From assembly GCA_963835065.1 (NCBI GenBank), contig CAWIEK010000011.1, forward strand, positions 1 to 64,000: a DNA stretch of 64,000 bases. Direction: 5' to 3'. A program made the position numbers and the translations under genes. The DNA is from an uncultured Chthonomonadaceae bacterium (GTDB lineage: Bacteria > Armatimonadota > Chthonomonadetes > Chthonomonadales > Chthonomonadaceae). Below the pieces are notes generated by a model. That model was not told the origin of the DNA and did not search any database. It was given only the letters and a program-made list of their open reading frames with translations. This document shows positions 20,832-29,222 of this stretch, in pieces. Position 1 is the first letter of the stretch; each line of letters starts with the position of its first letter.

Positions 20832-21023
20832 ATGATGAACAAAGCACAAAGTGGGGGAGTTTTGATCGCAATCGGGTTCGCGCTTAATTTTGTCGGCAGG
20901 ATGCTGCGCGACAATGGCGGAAGGGACGTGGCCGGCGTCGTTGCGCTGGTAATGTTTGTCGCCGTTGTGCTGATTCTCTTCGGCCTGTTTCGGGTGGTCA
21001 GCGGCCTGATTAGCAAGTCGTAA
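20832..21023 (+). CDS. Small 2-TM membrane protein
   Basis: AAGGA SD; two hydrophobic helices. Confidence 0.6.
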   Translation: MMNKAQSGGVLIAIGFALNFVGRMLRDNGGRDVAGVVALVMFVAVVLILFGLFRVVSGLISKS

Positions 21024-21101
21024 ACGTCAGGCGGCGGGCGGTTTCAAAACGTGGTTTTCACCGCCCGCGCAGGCTGTCGGCAAGCGTTCGCATATTGCCG
21101 G

Positions 21102-22505
21102 TTATATCCAAATGTCCGAAGTCACGTCGCCGCCGGGGTAGCGCATTTCGTGGGCGCGGGCGGGGCCGTTGGGTTCTTTGGAAAAATCCACGTAGAAGTC
21201 GGGGTTGATCGAGATGCCGCCATTCTCCGTGTCGCAGTCAATTTGCAGCATGTACGAGCCGGACTGCTTCATGTCGGGATAAAACTGGTTGTCCCACGAA
21301 CTGAACAGGCTGTTGGTGACGTACAGGCGCTTGCCGTCCAAACTCAATTGAATCATTTGCGGCCCGCCGTGCAGCGTGTGTCCCTGCACCTTTGAACTGC
21401 GGCCCAACAAGCCGCCGCACCACACCTGCCCCGTCAATTTCGGATGTGCCGGGTCGGAAATATCGTACTGGCGCAGGTCGCCATGCAGCCAGTTGGAAAA
21501 GTACATATATTTGTCGTCCAGCGATAGCAGAATGTCGGTAATCAGGGACGGCACGGGGAACGGCCAGCTTTCCAAAGCAAACGGCTCCACGTCAATCACT
21601 TTGTTGACGGCCCAATCGGTAGGCGCGTCACCGTTTTTGGTGAAGTGGAACACGTTGCTGGAAAGCGCCGCAGCCACATACCCGTGCGTACTGTCGGGGT
21701 TGTGGTGGAAGCGCAGTTCGAGAGGAATCATGCCCTGTTCGCCCAGGTCAACCGTTTTGATGATGTCGTGTTTCTGCCAGTCCCAAAAGTGGAGGGAATG
21801 GCCGTACCTGCCATTTTTCACGTCTTCCAGATCGAAACCGGGCTGGTAGGTTTTAGGCGCTCCCCACTCGCTGCTGACCATGACGTTGTGGCGGGGCTGA
21901 TACCAGAAATCGTAATTGAAGTTCATGCCCGTCATGTCGCGTTCCCACCTGCCCGCAACATCGAAATTGCCATCCAGCAAAAGAAAGCCACCCGGCCCAT
22001 TCCCCTCGCCATCGCCCAACATCGAAATCATCACATGCCCGTCCGCCAGGCAATGCACGGTATGGGGCGCGGTCAGGTTGGTTTTGGCCTTGATTTCTTC
22101 GGGTTCGATCACTTTATGCAGGACCGGATAGCGCGGTTCTTTTGTATCGAAAATGTGGATGCGACTCGACTTCTGGCCGGGCACGACTAAAAACCGCCGC
22201 GCCTTGCTGCCGTCGTTGTGGCAACTGCTGCAAGCGTTCCAGCCAAAATGGTGCAGTTCATCCCCGACATTGGGAACGGGCGCGCGGGAAATCACTTTGC
22301 TGTAAGTGGGCGAGGCGGGGTCAACGTCAACAGTGGCGAGATAATCCGGCTCTTCAATGCCGCTTCCCGTGTACAGCGCAATGGTGTACAGCAGTTTCTC
22401 CGGTTCGGCCTTCATCGCGTCTTCGGGCGAAGCGTAACCCGGCCCGGAACAGCAATGCTCCTGCATCGTGTCGGCAGTGGCGGCAGTCAATGGTATGTCC
22501 GTCAT
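21102..22505 (-). CDS. Selenium-binding protein 56 family / methanethiol oxidase-like
   Basis: GPGYASP, DELHHFGWNACSSC, PHTVHCL, YDFWYQPRHNVMVSSEW, EMRYPGGDVTSDIWI. Confidence 0.92.
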   Translation of the reverse strand: MTDIPLTAATADTMQEHCCSGPGYASPEDAMKAEPEKLLYTIALYTGSGIEEPDYLATVDVDPASPTYSKVISRAPVPNVGDELHHFGWNACSSCHNDGSKARRFLVVPGQKSSRIHIFDTKEPRYPVLHKVIEPEEIKAKTNLTAPHTVHCLADGHVMISMLGDGEGNGPGGFLLLDGNFDVAGRWERDMTGMNFNYDFWYQPRHNVMVSSEWGAPKTYQPGFDLEDVKNGRYGHSLHFWDWQKHDIIKTVDLGEQGMIPLELRFHHNPDSTHGYVAAALSSNVFHFTKNGDAPTDWAVNKVIDVEPFALESWPFPVPSLITDILLSLDDKYMYFSNWLHGDLRQYDISDPAHPKLTGQVWCGGLLGRSSKVQGHTLHGGPQMIQLSLDGKRLYVTNSLFSSWDNQFYPDMKQSGSYMLQIDCDTENGGISINPDFYVDFSKEPNGPARAHEMRYPGGDVTSDIWI

Positions 22506-22544
22506 GGGTGATAACTCCTATGTTCTGTCTCGTTGGTGGCAGGA

Positions 22545-23612
22545 TTATTTTTCTACATCGAAGACGAGGCCGATTTCTTTGCGCCACATGTCTAAAGCGC
22601 GCATGTTGCCCAGGCTGTCCTGCCAGGTGAGGGCGGGCGTGTCGGGTTCGGTTTTGCCTTCCTGAACGCATTGCGCCAGCAGATCGGCCTCGATGGTGTA
22701 CGGGCCTCGTCCATCGGCATCGGCAATAAACTCCTGCGGCGCGTTTTCTCCCGGCTTGTGAAGCAGGATTTTGTTGTTGTTTTCCGCCGGTATCCAGGGA
22801 TTGGGAAGGACGAGTTTGCCTTCTGTGCCGAAGATAACGGCGGCGCGATCCCCGTACATCTGTGTGCCGCAGGCGAGATAGGCCACAATGTCGCCGGGGA
22901 ACTTCAAGGCGGCGGTCGCCTGCTCGTCCACGCGGCTGATCGGCCCGATGAAACCCACGCCTTTCAGTTCGTCCGGTTCGGAAAACGGTTTCCCAATGGC
23001 CGCGCCCGCCACCAGTCGAACAAAGGCCAGCGTGTAGCAGCCTACGTCCATGATGCCGCCGCCCGCAGCCGGATTCGACAAGCGGATGTTCTCGTATTTG
23101 GGGCCAAGATTGTACTGAAAACTGGCCTGTATGATTTTCACGGTTCCAATCGCGCCCGACTGAATGAGTTCACAGGTTTTCGCCATGATGGGATGGCAGC
23201 GATACTGGAACGCTTCCATCAGGAATACGCCCGTGCCGCGAATTGCATTTAGGGCTTCTTCCGCTTCGGCCAGACTCACAGTAAACGGCTTTTCGCACAG
23301 GATATGCTTGCCGGCCTGAGCGCATTTAATCGCCCATTCCTTATGCAGATGGTTAGGCAGGGAAATGTACACGGCCTGCACGTCCGGGTCGGATAATACT
23401 TTGTCGTAGCTGTCATAGCGGCGTTCGATATTATGTTCCGCGCCGAATTTGTCCGCCGATTCCTGCGAGCGGCTGCCGACGGCAAGCAGATGCCCGGTTT
23501 TGGAAGCGTTGATGGCGAGGGCAAGGGTTTTGGCGATGTTGCCCGTGCCGAGTATGCCCCACTTCAGGGGAGGCAGGGAAGAATGCGCGCTGCCCGGATC
23601 GATCATGGTCAC
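22545..23612 (-). CDS. Gfo/Idh/MocA oxidoreductase
   Basis: WGILGTGNIA, GKHILCEKP, GGGIMDVGCY. Confidence 0.9.
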   Translation of the reverse strand: MTMIDPGSAHSSLPPLKWGILGTGNIAKTLALAINASKTGHLLAVGSRSQESADKFGAEHNIERRYDSYDKVLSDPDVQAVYISLPNHLHKEWAIKCAQAGKHILCEKPFTVSLAEAEEALNAIRGTGVFLMEAFQYRCHPIMAKTCELIQSGAIGTVKIIQASFQYNLGPKYENIRLSNPAAGGGIMDVGCYTLAFVRLVAGAAIGKPFSEPDELKGVGFIGPISRVDEQATAALKFPGDIVAYLACGTQMYGDRAAVIFGTEGKLVLPNPWIPAENNNKILLHKPGENAPQEFIADADGRGPYTIEADLLAQCVQEGKTEPDTPALTWQDSLGNMRALDMWRKEIGLVFDVEK

Positions 23613-24241
23613 TGTTTCTGCTCCTTGGATAGATTGGGGTTCGCGTTGATTGACAGCGCAGGCTTGGCGGGGCTGTTGGTTGTGAGCAGGTTGAGGTAGG
23701 CTTGCAATGTGCGAATAATGAGGTTGGTTTTTGCCGTGCCAAAATTAGAAGCAGCGGCTTCGGCGCGTAGGCTCGTCCAGACATTCAACAGCGTCTGCGC
23801 CTGGTCTCGCGGGAGGTTTCGCGGCACGGCAACCACGACTTGCAGGGTTTTACCGTCAGGAGCCAGCGTCAGTACGTCCCAATCCTTGACAATACGTACA
23901 GCCGCGATGCCGAATTCGTAGTAGGTGAGCGGGCGTCGGCCCCGAAAATAGCCTTCCGGGTAGTTCAGCAACACTCCTTGCTGCTGCAAATCTGCAAGGG
24001 CGGCATACAAAGGGCTGTCGGCAGGAACGTCCTTGAAGGTTCGGTCTTCCGCTTTGCCTTTGACGGGCTTTGCAGGCGCGGCTGATCCCGGTTTTTGCGC
24101 GCCGTCCGTTTGCGAAGTTTTGGCGGTACGCGCGCTGACATCCGAGTTCTGCGTTTGCGCTCGAACGCAAGTGGGAAGCGCGGACCAGGCAAGGCACAGG
24201 ATAAACGCGCAGGCAAATGGCAGCGACGCGCGGTGTAACAT
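23609..24241 (-). CDS. Exported SLH-domain protein
   Basis: Signal peptide; FKDVP...YPEGYFRGRRPLTYYEF; GGAGG SD. Confidence 0.75.
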   Translation of the reverse strand: MLHRASLPFACAFILCLAWSALPTCVRAQTQNSDVSARTAKTSQTDGAQKPGSAAPAKPVKGKAEDRTFKDVPADSPLYAALADLQQQGVLLNYPEGYFRGRRPLTYYEFGIAAVRIVKDWDVLTLAPDGKTLQVVVAVPRNLPRDQAQTLLNVWTSLRAEAAASNFGTAKTNLIIRTLQAYLNLLTTNSPAKPALSINANPNLSKEQKQ

Positions 24242-24472
24242 GGCAACCTCCAAAACGAATGTAATAAACATGTTTGCTAATGAACGGCAGGGGCATCAGG
24301 GCGTCCGAGCCAGGCTGGAACTCAAATAAGCATCCAGGTTCCGGGCGAATGACTCCTGTTCCTCCGGCGTGACGCCAATCAAACCCCAATGACAAGTCTC
24401 CTGCGACAAGTGACTGCAAAGTGTATTCCTTCTGGCAGGGGCAATGTCCTGCCTGTTGTTGAGGAAAAATAA

Positions 24473-25366
24473 TCACGAGGCAAGCAGAACGCGAAGCAAG
24501 TCCCAGCACACGGCGGCCATCGTGAGCAGCACGAGCCAGACGAAAGCGCGGCGCAGTTTCTGCCCGTCTGTTTTCGCCGTCAGCAATGCCCCGACCTGCG
24601 CGCCCAATGTGGAGCCGACCAGAAGCATCATCGCCATGCCCAAATGCACATGGCCGTTCCACGCATGAACGGCGGTTCCCACGAGGGAGGTGGCGACAAG
24701 CACCAAAATGCCCGTTCCCGCCGCCGTGCGCGTTCGCATCCCAATGCCATAGATAAGAATCGGCATCAGGATAACGCCGCCGCCCATGCCGAGCAGACCG
24801 GACAAAAAGCCGGTTGCCAGTCCCAAATACGCGATGACAATAGCGGAAACGCGCTGTTCGGAGCGGGGAAGCAAGGCGTATGGTGGAAGGGGCAGGCGGG
24901 CCAGCAGGCCGGGCGGCGTTTTCTCATCAAGGGGCCGCATAGGACGGCGGGCGTCGCGCCCCATCCAAAATGCCACGCCCGCCAGCACCACAATGTAGCT
25001 GACGGACAGGCCGAAATGCGAAGCCGAGATACGATGTTCCCCAATGCGCAGCGCGCCAATGGTTCCCAACATGGCAACTGTCTGTGCGCCCAGACCCACG
25101 CCCAACACGCTTCCCGGCAGCATCAGGGCGTCAATGGCAATTTCGCCCTGCTTGAGTTTGCGATGCCGCGACAAAGCCGCCACGCCCACGCCGATCATCT
25201 GGCACATGCCCGTACCTACCGCCACATCCAGCGGGACGCGAAACAGCACGGCTAGCATCGGCGTCATCAAAAACCCGCCGCCAACGCCAAACATGCCCGC
25301 GATAATCCCGACCCCAAAGCCGAGCATTGCCAATCCCGCCCACCAGAGCGGCGCGTGTGCTGCCAT
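24473..25366 (-). CDS. TauE/SafE (TSUP) membrane exporter
   Basis: GMFGVGGGFLMTP and GLLGMGGGVILMP repeats. Confidence 0.88.
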   Translation of the reverse strand: MAAHAPLWWAGLAMLGFGVGIIAGMFGVGGGFLMTPMLAVLFRVPLDVAVGTGMCQMIGVGVAALSRHRKLKQGEIAIDALMLPGSVLGVGLGAQTVAMLGTIGALRIGEHRISASHFGLSVSYIVVLAGVAFWMGRDARRPMRPLDEKTPPGLLARLPLPPYALLPRSEQRVSAIVIAYLGLATGFLSGLLGMGGGVILMPILIYGIGMRTRTAAGTGILVLVATSLVGTAVHAWNGHVHLGMAMMLLVGSTLGAQVGALLTAKTDGQKLRRAFVWLVLLTMAAVCWDLLRVLLAS

Positions 25367-25448
25367 CCTGCCCCCAAAAGAACGATGCGATTTGTATGGC
25401 TGATTGTCATGTGGCTTGTGGCGCAAATTAGCAAGTGTGCTGACTCGG

Positions 25449-25810
25449 GGTTCTACCCTCATCCGGCCTTCGGCCACCTTCTCCCTGCAAGGGCTTATTG
25501 CACGACAGTTTTCAATGAAGGGCCGACGATGAGATAAGAGTGACAGCAACAGACTGCATAGAATGTTCGTTCGTCTGCCATTCCCTTATCTCAAAGCACG
25601 TCATTTTGGGACGCTAAACAAAAACTGTCGTGCAATAAGCCCTGCAAGGGAGAAGGCTAACGTGTTCAATGGGCGGTTGAACAAAAGATAGGGCAGGCAT
25701 TTAGACAAGTTCTACGTATGAAACAAACCTGCAACCAACGCACTCAACTTTTACACTGGCCTTCTCCCTGCAAGGGAGAAGGTGGCCGAAGGCCGGATGA
25801 GGGTAGAACC
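25449..25810. repeat. Pair of inverted REP-like elements (CCCTCATCCGGCCTTCGGCCACCTTCTCCC-N5-GGGAGAAGG)
   Basis: Left copy 25449-25656 interrupted by a MITE; right copy 25760-25810 intact and inverted. Confidence 0.85.
25491..25642. mobile_element. 152-bp MITE with perfect terminal inverted repeats and target-site duplication
   Basis: GGGCTTATTGCACGACAGTTTT (25491-25512) / AAAACTGTCGTGCAATAAGCCC (25621-25642); TGCAA duplicated at 25486 and 25643. Confidence 0.85.
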
Positions 25811-25860
25811 TGACGGGAAACCCACCCGCCCACAACACGCCGCGCCCACTTCTGCGTGAA

Positions 25861-27426
25861 TTAAGCCGAAGACCCAGTGAGCATTGGACGTGAAGCAAGA
25901 CTCTGTAATGCCGCCTCAACTTCCTGCACCCCCTTCACATCGCCAACAGCGGTAAAGCCCCGTCGTGCCTTCTGATACGCCTTCTCTGCATTATCAATAT
26001 CGTTATCCATGACAAACAACGCAGCAAGGTGATCATTCAACATAGCCCATTGTTGAGGATGCTGAACTTCAGTTAGAACACGCAGTGCAGCTTTGCAGCA
26101 AAATATGGATTGCTGCAAGTAAGATGCTCCAGCATTGGGGTACAGGCTGATAAATGCTCCTCCTAAATAAATTTGCGTAATTACCCATTCAGCAGGATAG
26201 TCTGCTTCGGTATAGACGCACAAAGCGGCCTCGTAGCAAGCAACCGCACATTGTAAGTTTGCTTGTTTATCGCCAGTACATAGCTTGGAGTAAGCCTGTC
26301 CTAAACAGAATTGTGTTTCTGCCCACTCAGTGGGATAGTCTGCTTTGGTATAGACGCGCAAGGCCGCCACGTAGCAGGCAATTGCACATGATGAATTGGT
26401 ATCTCCTTCACCATCTGTCAGTTTCGCGTAGGATTCGCCACATTCAAGTTGTGCCTTAGCCCACTCTGTCGGGTAGGCGAATTCAGTATAAACGCGCAAA
26501 GCGGCTTTATAACAGGCGAGCGCTCGATGCTGATTAGAGTTTTGATCGCCGGGTAGAAGATAGGCGTATATTGCGCCTAGTTCCATTTGCGCAACTGCCC
26601 AGGCAAAGCGAAGTTTTTTACTGCGTCGCTTTGCCAACAGGCGTAGCACTTCCTCTGCACACGTTTTTGCCTCGGATGCAACGCCTGCTCTGTTAGGCTC
26701 AGGAAGTGTTACTAGTGCGTTGACTAAGTTTATCAGAGCGACAGCGCGTTCGGAAGTGGGGTTTGGGCTGACAGCGACCTGCTTGCGGTAGAAGTCTACG
26801 GCAGCCTGAGAGCCGTAAGAAGGCTTGTCGGTGAAAGCGTCCTCAACGGCGAAACTAAACTTCAAACCAATATTGACCGCCTCTGGAAACAAGACGCGGA
26901 CAGCATTTGTAAACTGGAACTTGGCGGTGTACTGGTCGAAGAAGTCGGGGGCGTGTTCGAGCAGGGCGGTGTATACGTAAGTGGGACACCAGGCGAACAG
27001 AGGGGCGACGATTTGCTGCCGCAGAACTTCGCGCCATTGGTTCAGCGCGGACAATGCGGGCGGGCGCTGCGGCTTCGCGCCCGCTTCCCGCACGATGCCG
27101 GGCGTGGCTTCCAATCCCGTCAGCAGCAGCACATCACCTGGAAGGATGGGCGGTTCCTGTTCCAGCGCGGCGAGGACGTTCCAGCAGGCGGGCGTCAGCG
27201 TCACGACGCGCAGGCGCAGCCCATTGGCGGCAAGGTCATCCCGCAAGCGTTCCACAAAGGCCGCGCGCAGGGCAGGCGTGAAATCGCTTTCGATGGGGAA
27301 CAGGTGAAAGCGGCCACGCGCCATGCGCGCCGCGCGTATCATGCGCCGCAACTCCTTTTCGCCCGCTTCGCTCAGGGCGCGCGCTAACTCTCCAGGTTGC
27401 GGTTCAGCCGCAGCTACGGCGGGCAT
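25861..27426 (-). CDS. TPR protein with N-terminal degenerate NTPase-like domain
   Basis: ALNQWRE...WCP...APDFFD N-terminal block; repeats A.ACY.AALRVYT..YP.EWA. Confidence 0.75.
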   Translation of the reverse strand: MPAVAAAEPQPGELARALSEAGEKELRRMIRAARMARGRFHLFPIESDFTPALRAAFVERLRDDLAANGLRLRVVTLTPACWNVLAALEQEPPILPGDVLLLTGLEATPGIVREAGAKPQRPPALSALNQWREVLRQQIVAPLFAWCPTYVYTALLEHAPDFFDQYTAKFQFTNAVRVLFPEAVNIGLKFSFAVEDAFTDKPSYGSQAAVDFYRKQVAVSPNPTSERAVALINLVNALVTLPEPNRAGVASEAKTCAEEVLRLLAKRRSKKLRFAWAVAQMELGAIYAYLLPGDQNSNQHRALACYKAALRVYTEFAYPTEWAKAQLECGESYAKLTDGEGDTNSSCAIACYVAALRVYTKADYPTEWAETQFCLGQAYSKLCTGDKQANLQCAVACYEAALCVYTEADYPAEWVITQIYLGGAFISLYPNAGASYLQQSIFCCKAALRVLTEVQHPQQWAMLNDHLAALFVMDNDIDNAEKAYQKARRGFTAVGDVKGVQEVEAALQSLASRPMLTGSSA

Positions 27427-27940
27427 GTTGAAACTCCTCGGTATCTACCAGGACAGGGTGAACGTCGAACCAGGGCTGATTGTTCTGCACGTATTCCAGC
27501 AGGCAGCCGCGAAACAGCAGGCGATTCAACTCCGCGCTAAAATCTTTCTCATAGGTGGAAATTGCCAGCAGAAACACATCGGAATAGTCCAGATCAATCA
27601 TGCCGAAGTGAACGTCAACCTGCTCCCAAACCGCAAGAAACCCATTATTGTCGGCCCATTTTTGCAGCGACAGCAGTTCCGTAGATTTGCCCGAACCCCG
27701 ATGCCCGCACAGCAGACCGTGATGGTAGCCGTTGCGTGGAGCGCGCAGCCGAAACGCTCGCTCAAACTTGGCAATGCCGATGCCATGCCGGGACGTGTTT
27801 AAATCCATATAACGCGGGTCGCCCGGTTTCAAGGCTTCGCCGGGATCACACGCCTGCAGAATAGCCTCTAAAGACTCGATAGGATAAACAATTTCCAGTG
27901 AGTTTGCGGGCTGATAAGCAGGCACAAGCGCATCGGACAT
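27404..27940 (-). pseudogene. P-loop ATPase, apparently internally deleted
   Basis: Walker A GHRGSGKSTEL followed ~45 aa later by C-terminal LLEY...WFDVHP; no Walker B; only 178 aa. Confidence 0.6.
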
Positions 27941-28068
27941 AATGCCTCTCCCTGTGTTGGTTCTATTTACCTTGAGTTGTTCTGCAATGCCAATCTCGAC
28001 TCCTGCCCCAAGTTTGCTGCCGACCGCCTTGCCCGCTCAACTAATGAGGGCTGTTGCGACACTGTGCC

Positions 28069-28791
28069 TTACCTTTCGCCTGTTGCCACATTTCGGCGAA
28101 AAATGCGCCTGAAGCCTGCAAGGCATATGACGATCCCGACAATCCCGATGCCCATCTGTTTTCGCGCCCAGGCAGGGTTTGGCTCCCATCCCGACGTCAC
28201 GACGACGAGCTGCGCCACCGGAACTTCCGCGACGCCCGCGAATTTGCTGTCCGCATCGTCGCCTAATCCCCGAATACCCTGACGCGCCAGCCCGGTCATA
28301 TCCTCGAAGCGCAGGAACGAATCTCGGTGGGCGTTCATCCACGCTGCAAACTCTTGCGGGCTATGCTGCTTTTCCATGTCGTCACGGTCCATCATCAGCC
28401 GCAGGGTCGCGCTATCGTCTAATTCGGCAAAAAGGCGCGTGGCGCGCTGCTGAAAATTGCTCCGGTCTAATATCGGCGCGTACACACGTATGGGAGTGCC
28501 GGTATGCGTTTCCATGATCACCTGTGAAAGATCTATGCGGCAACCTGTGATGCGCGTCCAGCCCTCGAAAGGGGCCTCTCTCGCCGCCTGCGCATAAGAT
28601 ACCGTTCGCAGAACGCCATAGCGGGCCTCGTCGCGCCAGCGTGTCAGGCCGAACCCCAGTAATATGATGCTGAAAACAAACGGGTTCAGTAACAGCAAGT
28701 ACCACCCGGCAGCGTTTTTCATTGCAAATTTCCCTTGAATAAAGCCCAAAATAAAGCCGGACAACGCAAAAAAGCGAACTCTTTGGCCCAC
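28069..28791 (-). CDS. Hypothetical membrane protein
   Basis: 240-aa ORF with N- and C-terminal hydrophobic helices; start uncertain. Confidence 0.55.
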   Translation of the reverse strand: MGQRVRFFALSGFILGFIQGKFAMKNAAGWYLLLLNPFVFSIILLGFGLTRWRDEARYGVLRTVSYAQAAREAPFEGWTRITGCRIDLSQVIMETHTGTPIRVYAPILDRSNFQQRATRLFAELDDSATLRLMMDRDDMEKQHSPQEFAAWMNAHRDSFLRFEDMTGLARQGIRGLGDDADSKFAGVAEVPVAQLVVVTSGWEPNPAWARKQMGIGIVGIVICLAGFRRIFRRNVATGER

Positions 28792-28883
28792 ACAGTCGTC
28801 TAAAAAGTAGAAAAACGTCTACTATACAGACGCAAGCATGGCGGAACGTTCGTAGTTCCTGACCACTGATCACTACTTACTTA

Positions 28884-29029
28884 GGAAGGGAGGTGCCAGT
28901 CCTATGTTTCACCCCTCCCGTTCGCCCTGACGCTTACGAGGTCACGACGCCTCTCTCCTACAACTTGACACAACGAGACATCGGGCTGGAAGCGCTGTAT
29001 TGCCAAGATTTCGACGCTGCCTCTACATA
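28884..29029 (+). repeat. Dispersed ~150-bp conserved element, copy 2
   Basis: See copy 1; 78/81 nt identical to copy 3 over 28949-29029. Confidence 0.85.
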
Positions 29030-29118
29030 ATCCTTTTCTCAACGCTGCTGTAATCCCGATAAAAGTGTAAAAATAACGTTGGGCATTATAGCGTATGCAG
29101 CCCCCATTTCCATAGGGG

Positions 29119-29168
29119 AAGCGCGAACAGGAGCCATCCCTCAGGCGGGATGGCTCCTGTTCGCGCTT
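29119..29168. terminator. Perfect 22-bp hairpin downstream of hppA
   Basis: AAGCGCGAACAGGAGCCATCCC-tcaggc-GGGATGGCTCCTGTTCGCGCTT; weak U-tract. Confidence 0.6.
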
Positions 29169-29222
29169 ACGTAAGGATGCGGGAAACAAGGAGGTTTGTC
29201 CTGCTTCCTGCTGCCTGTTTTT

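Noticed and set aside
24285..24470. Riboswitch upstream of the SLH gene
   Set aside because: No recognisable aptamer motif; may be a gene remnant (LIGVTPEEQESFARNLDAYL on the minus strand) but too weak to call.
28904..29053. Selenoprotein by UGA readthrough in the dispersed element
   Set aside because: The frame breaks in copy 1, and no recognisable SECIS or redox motif is present.
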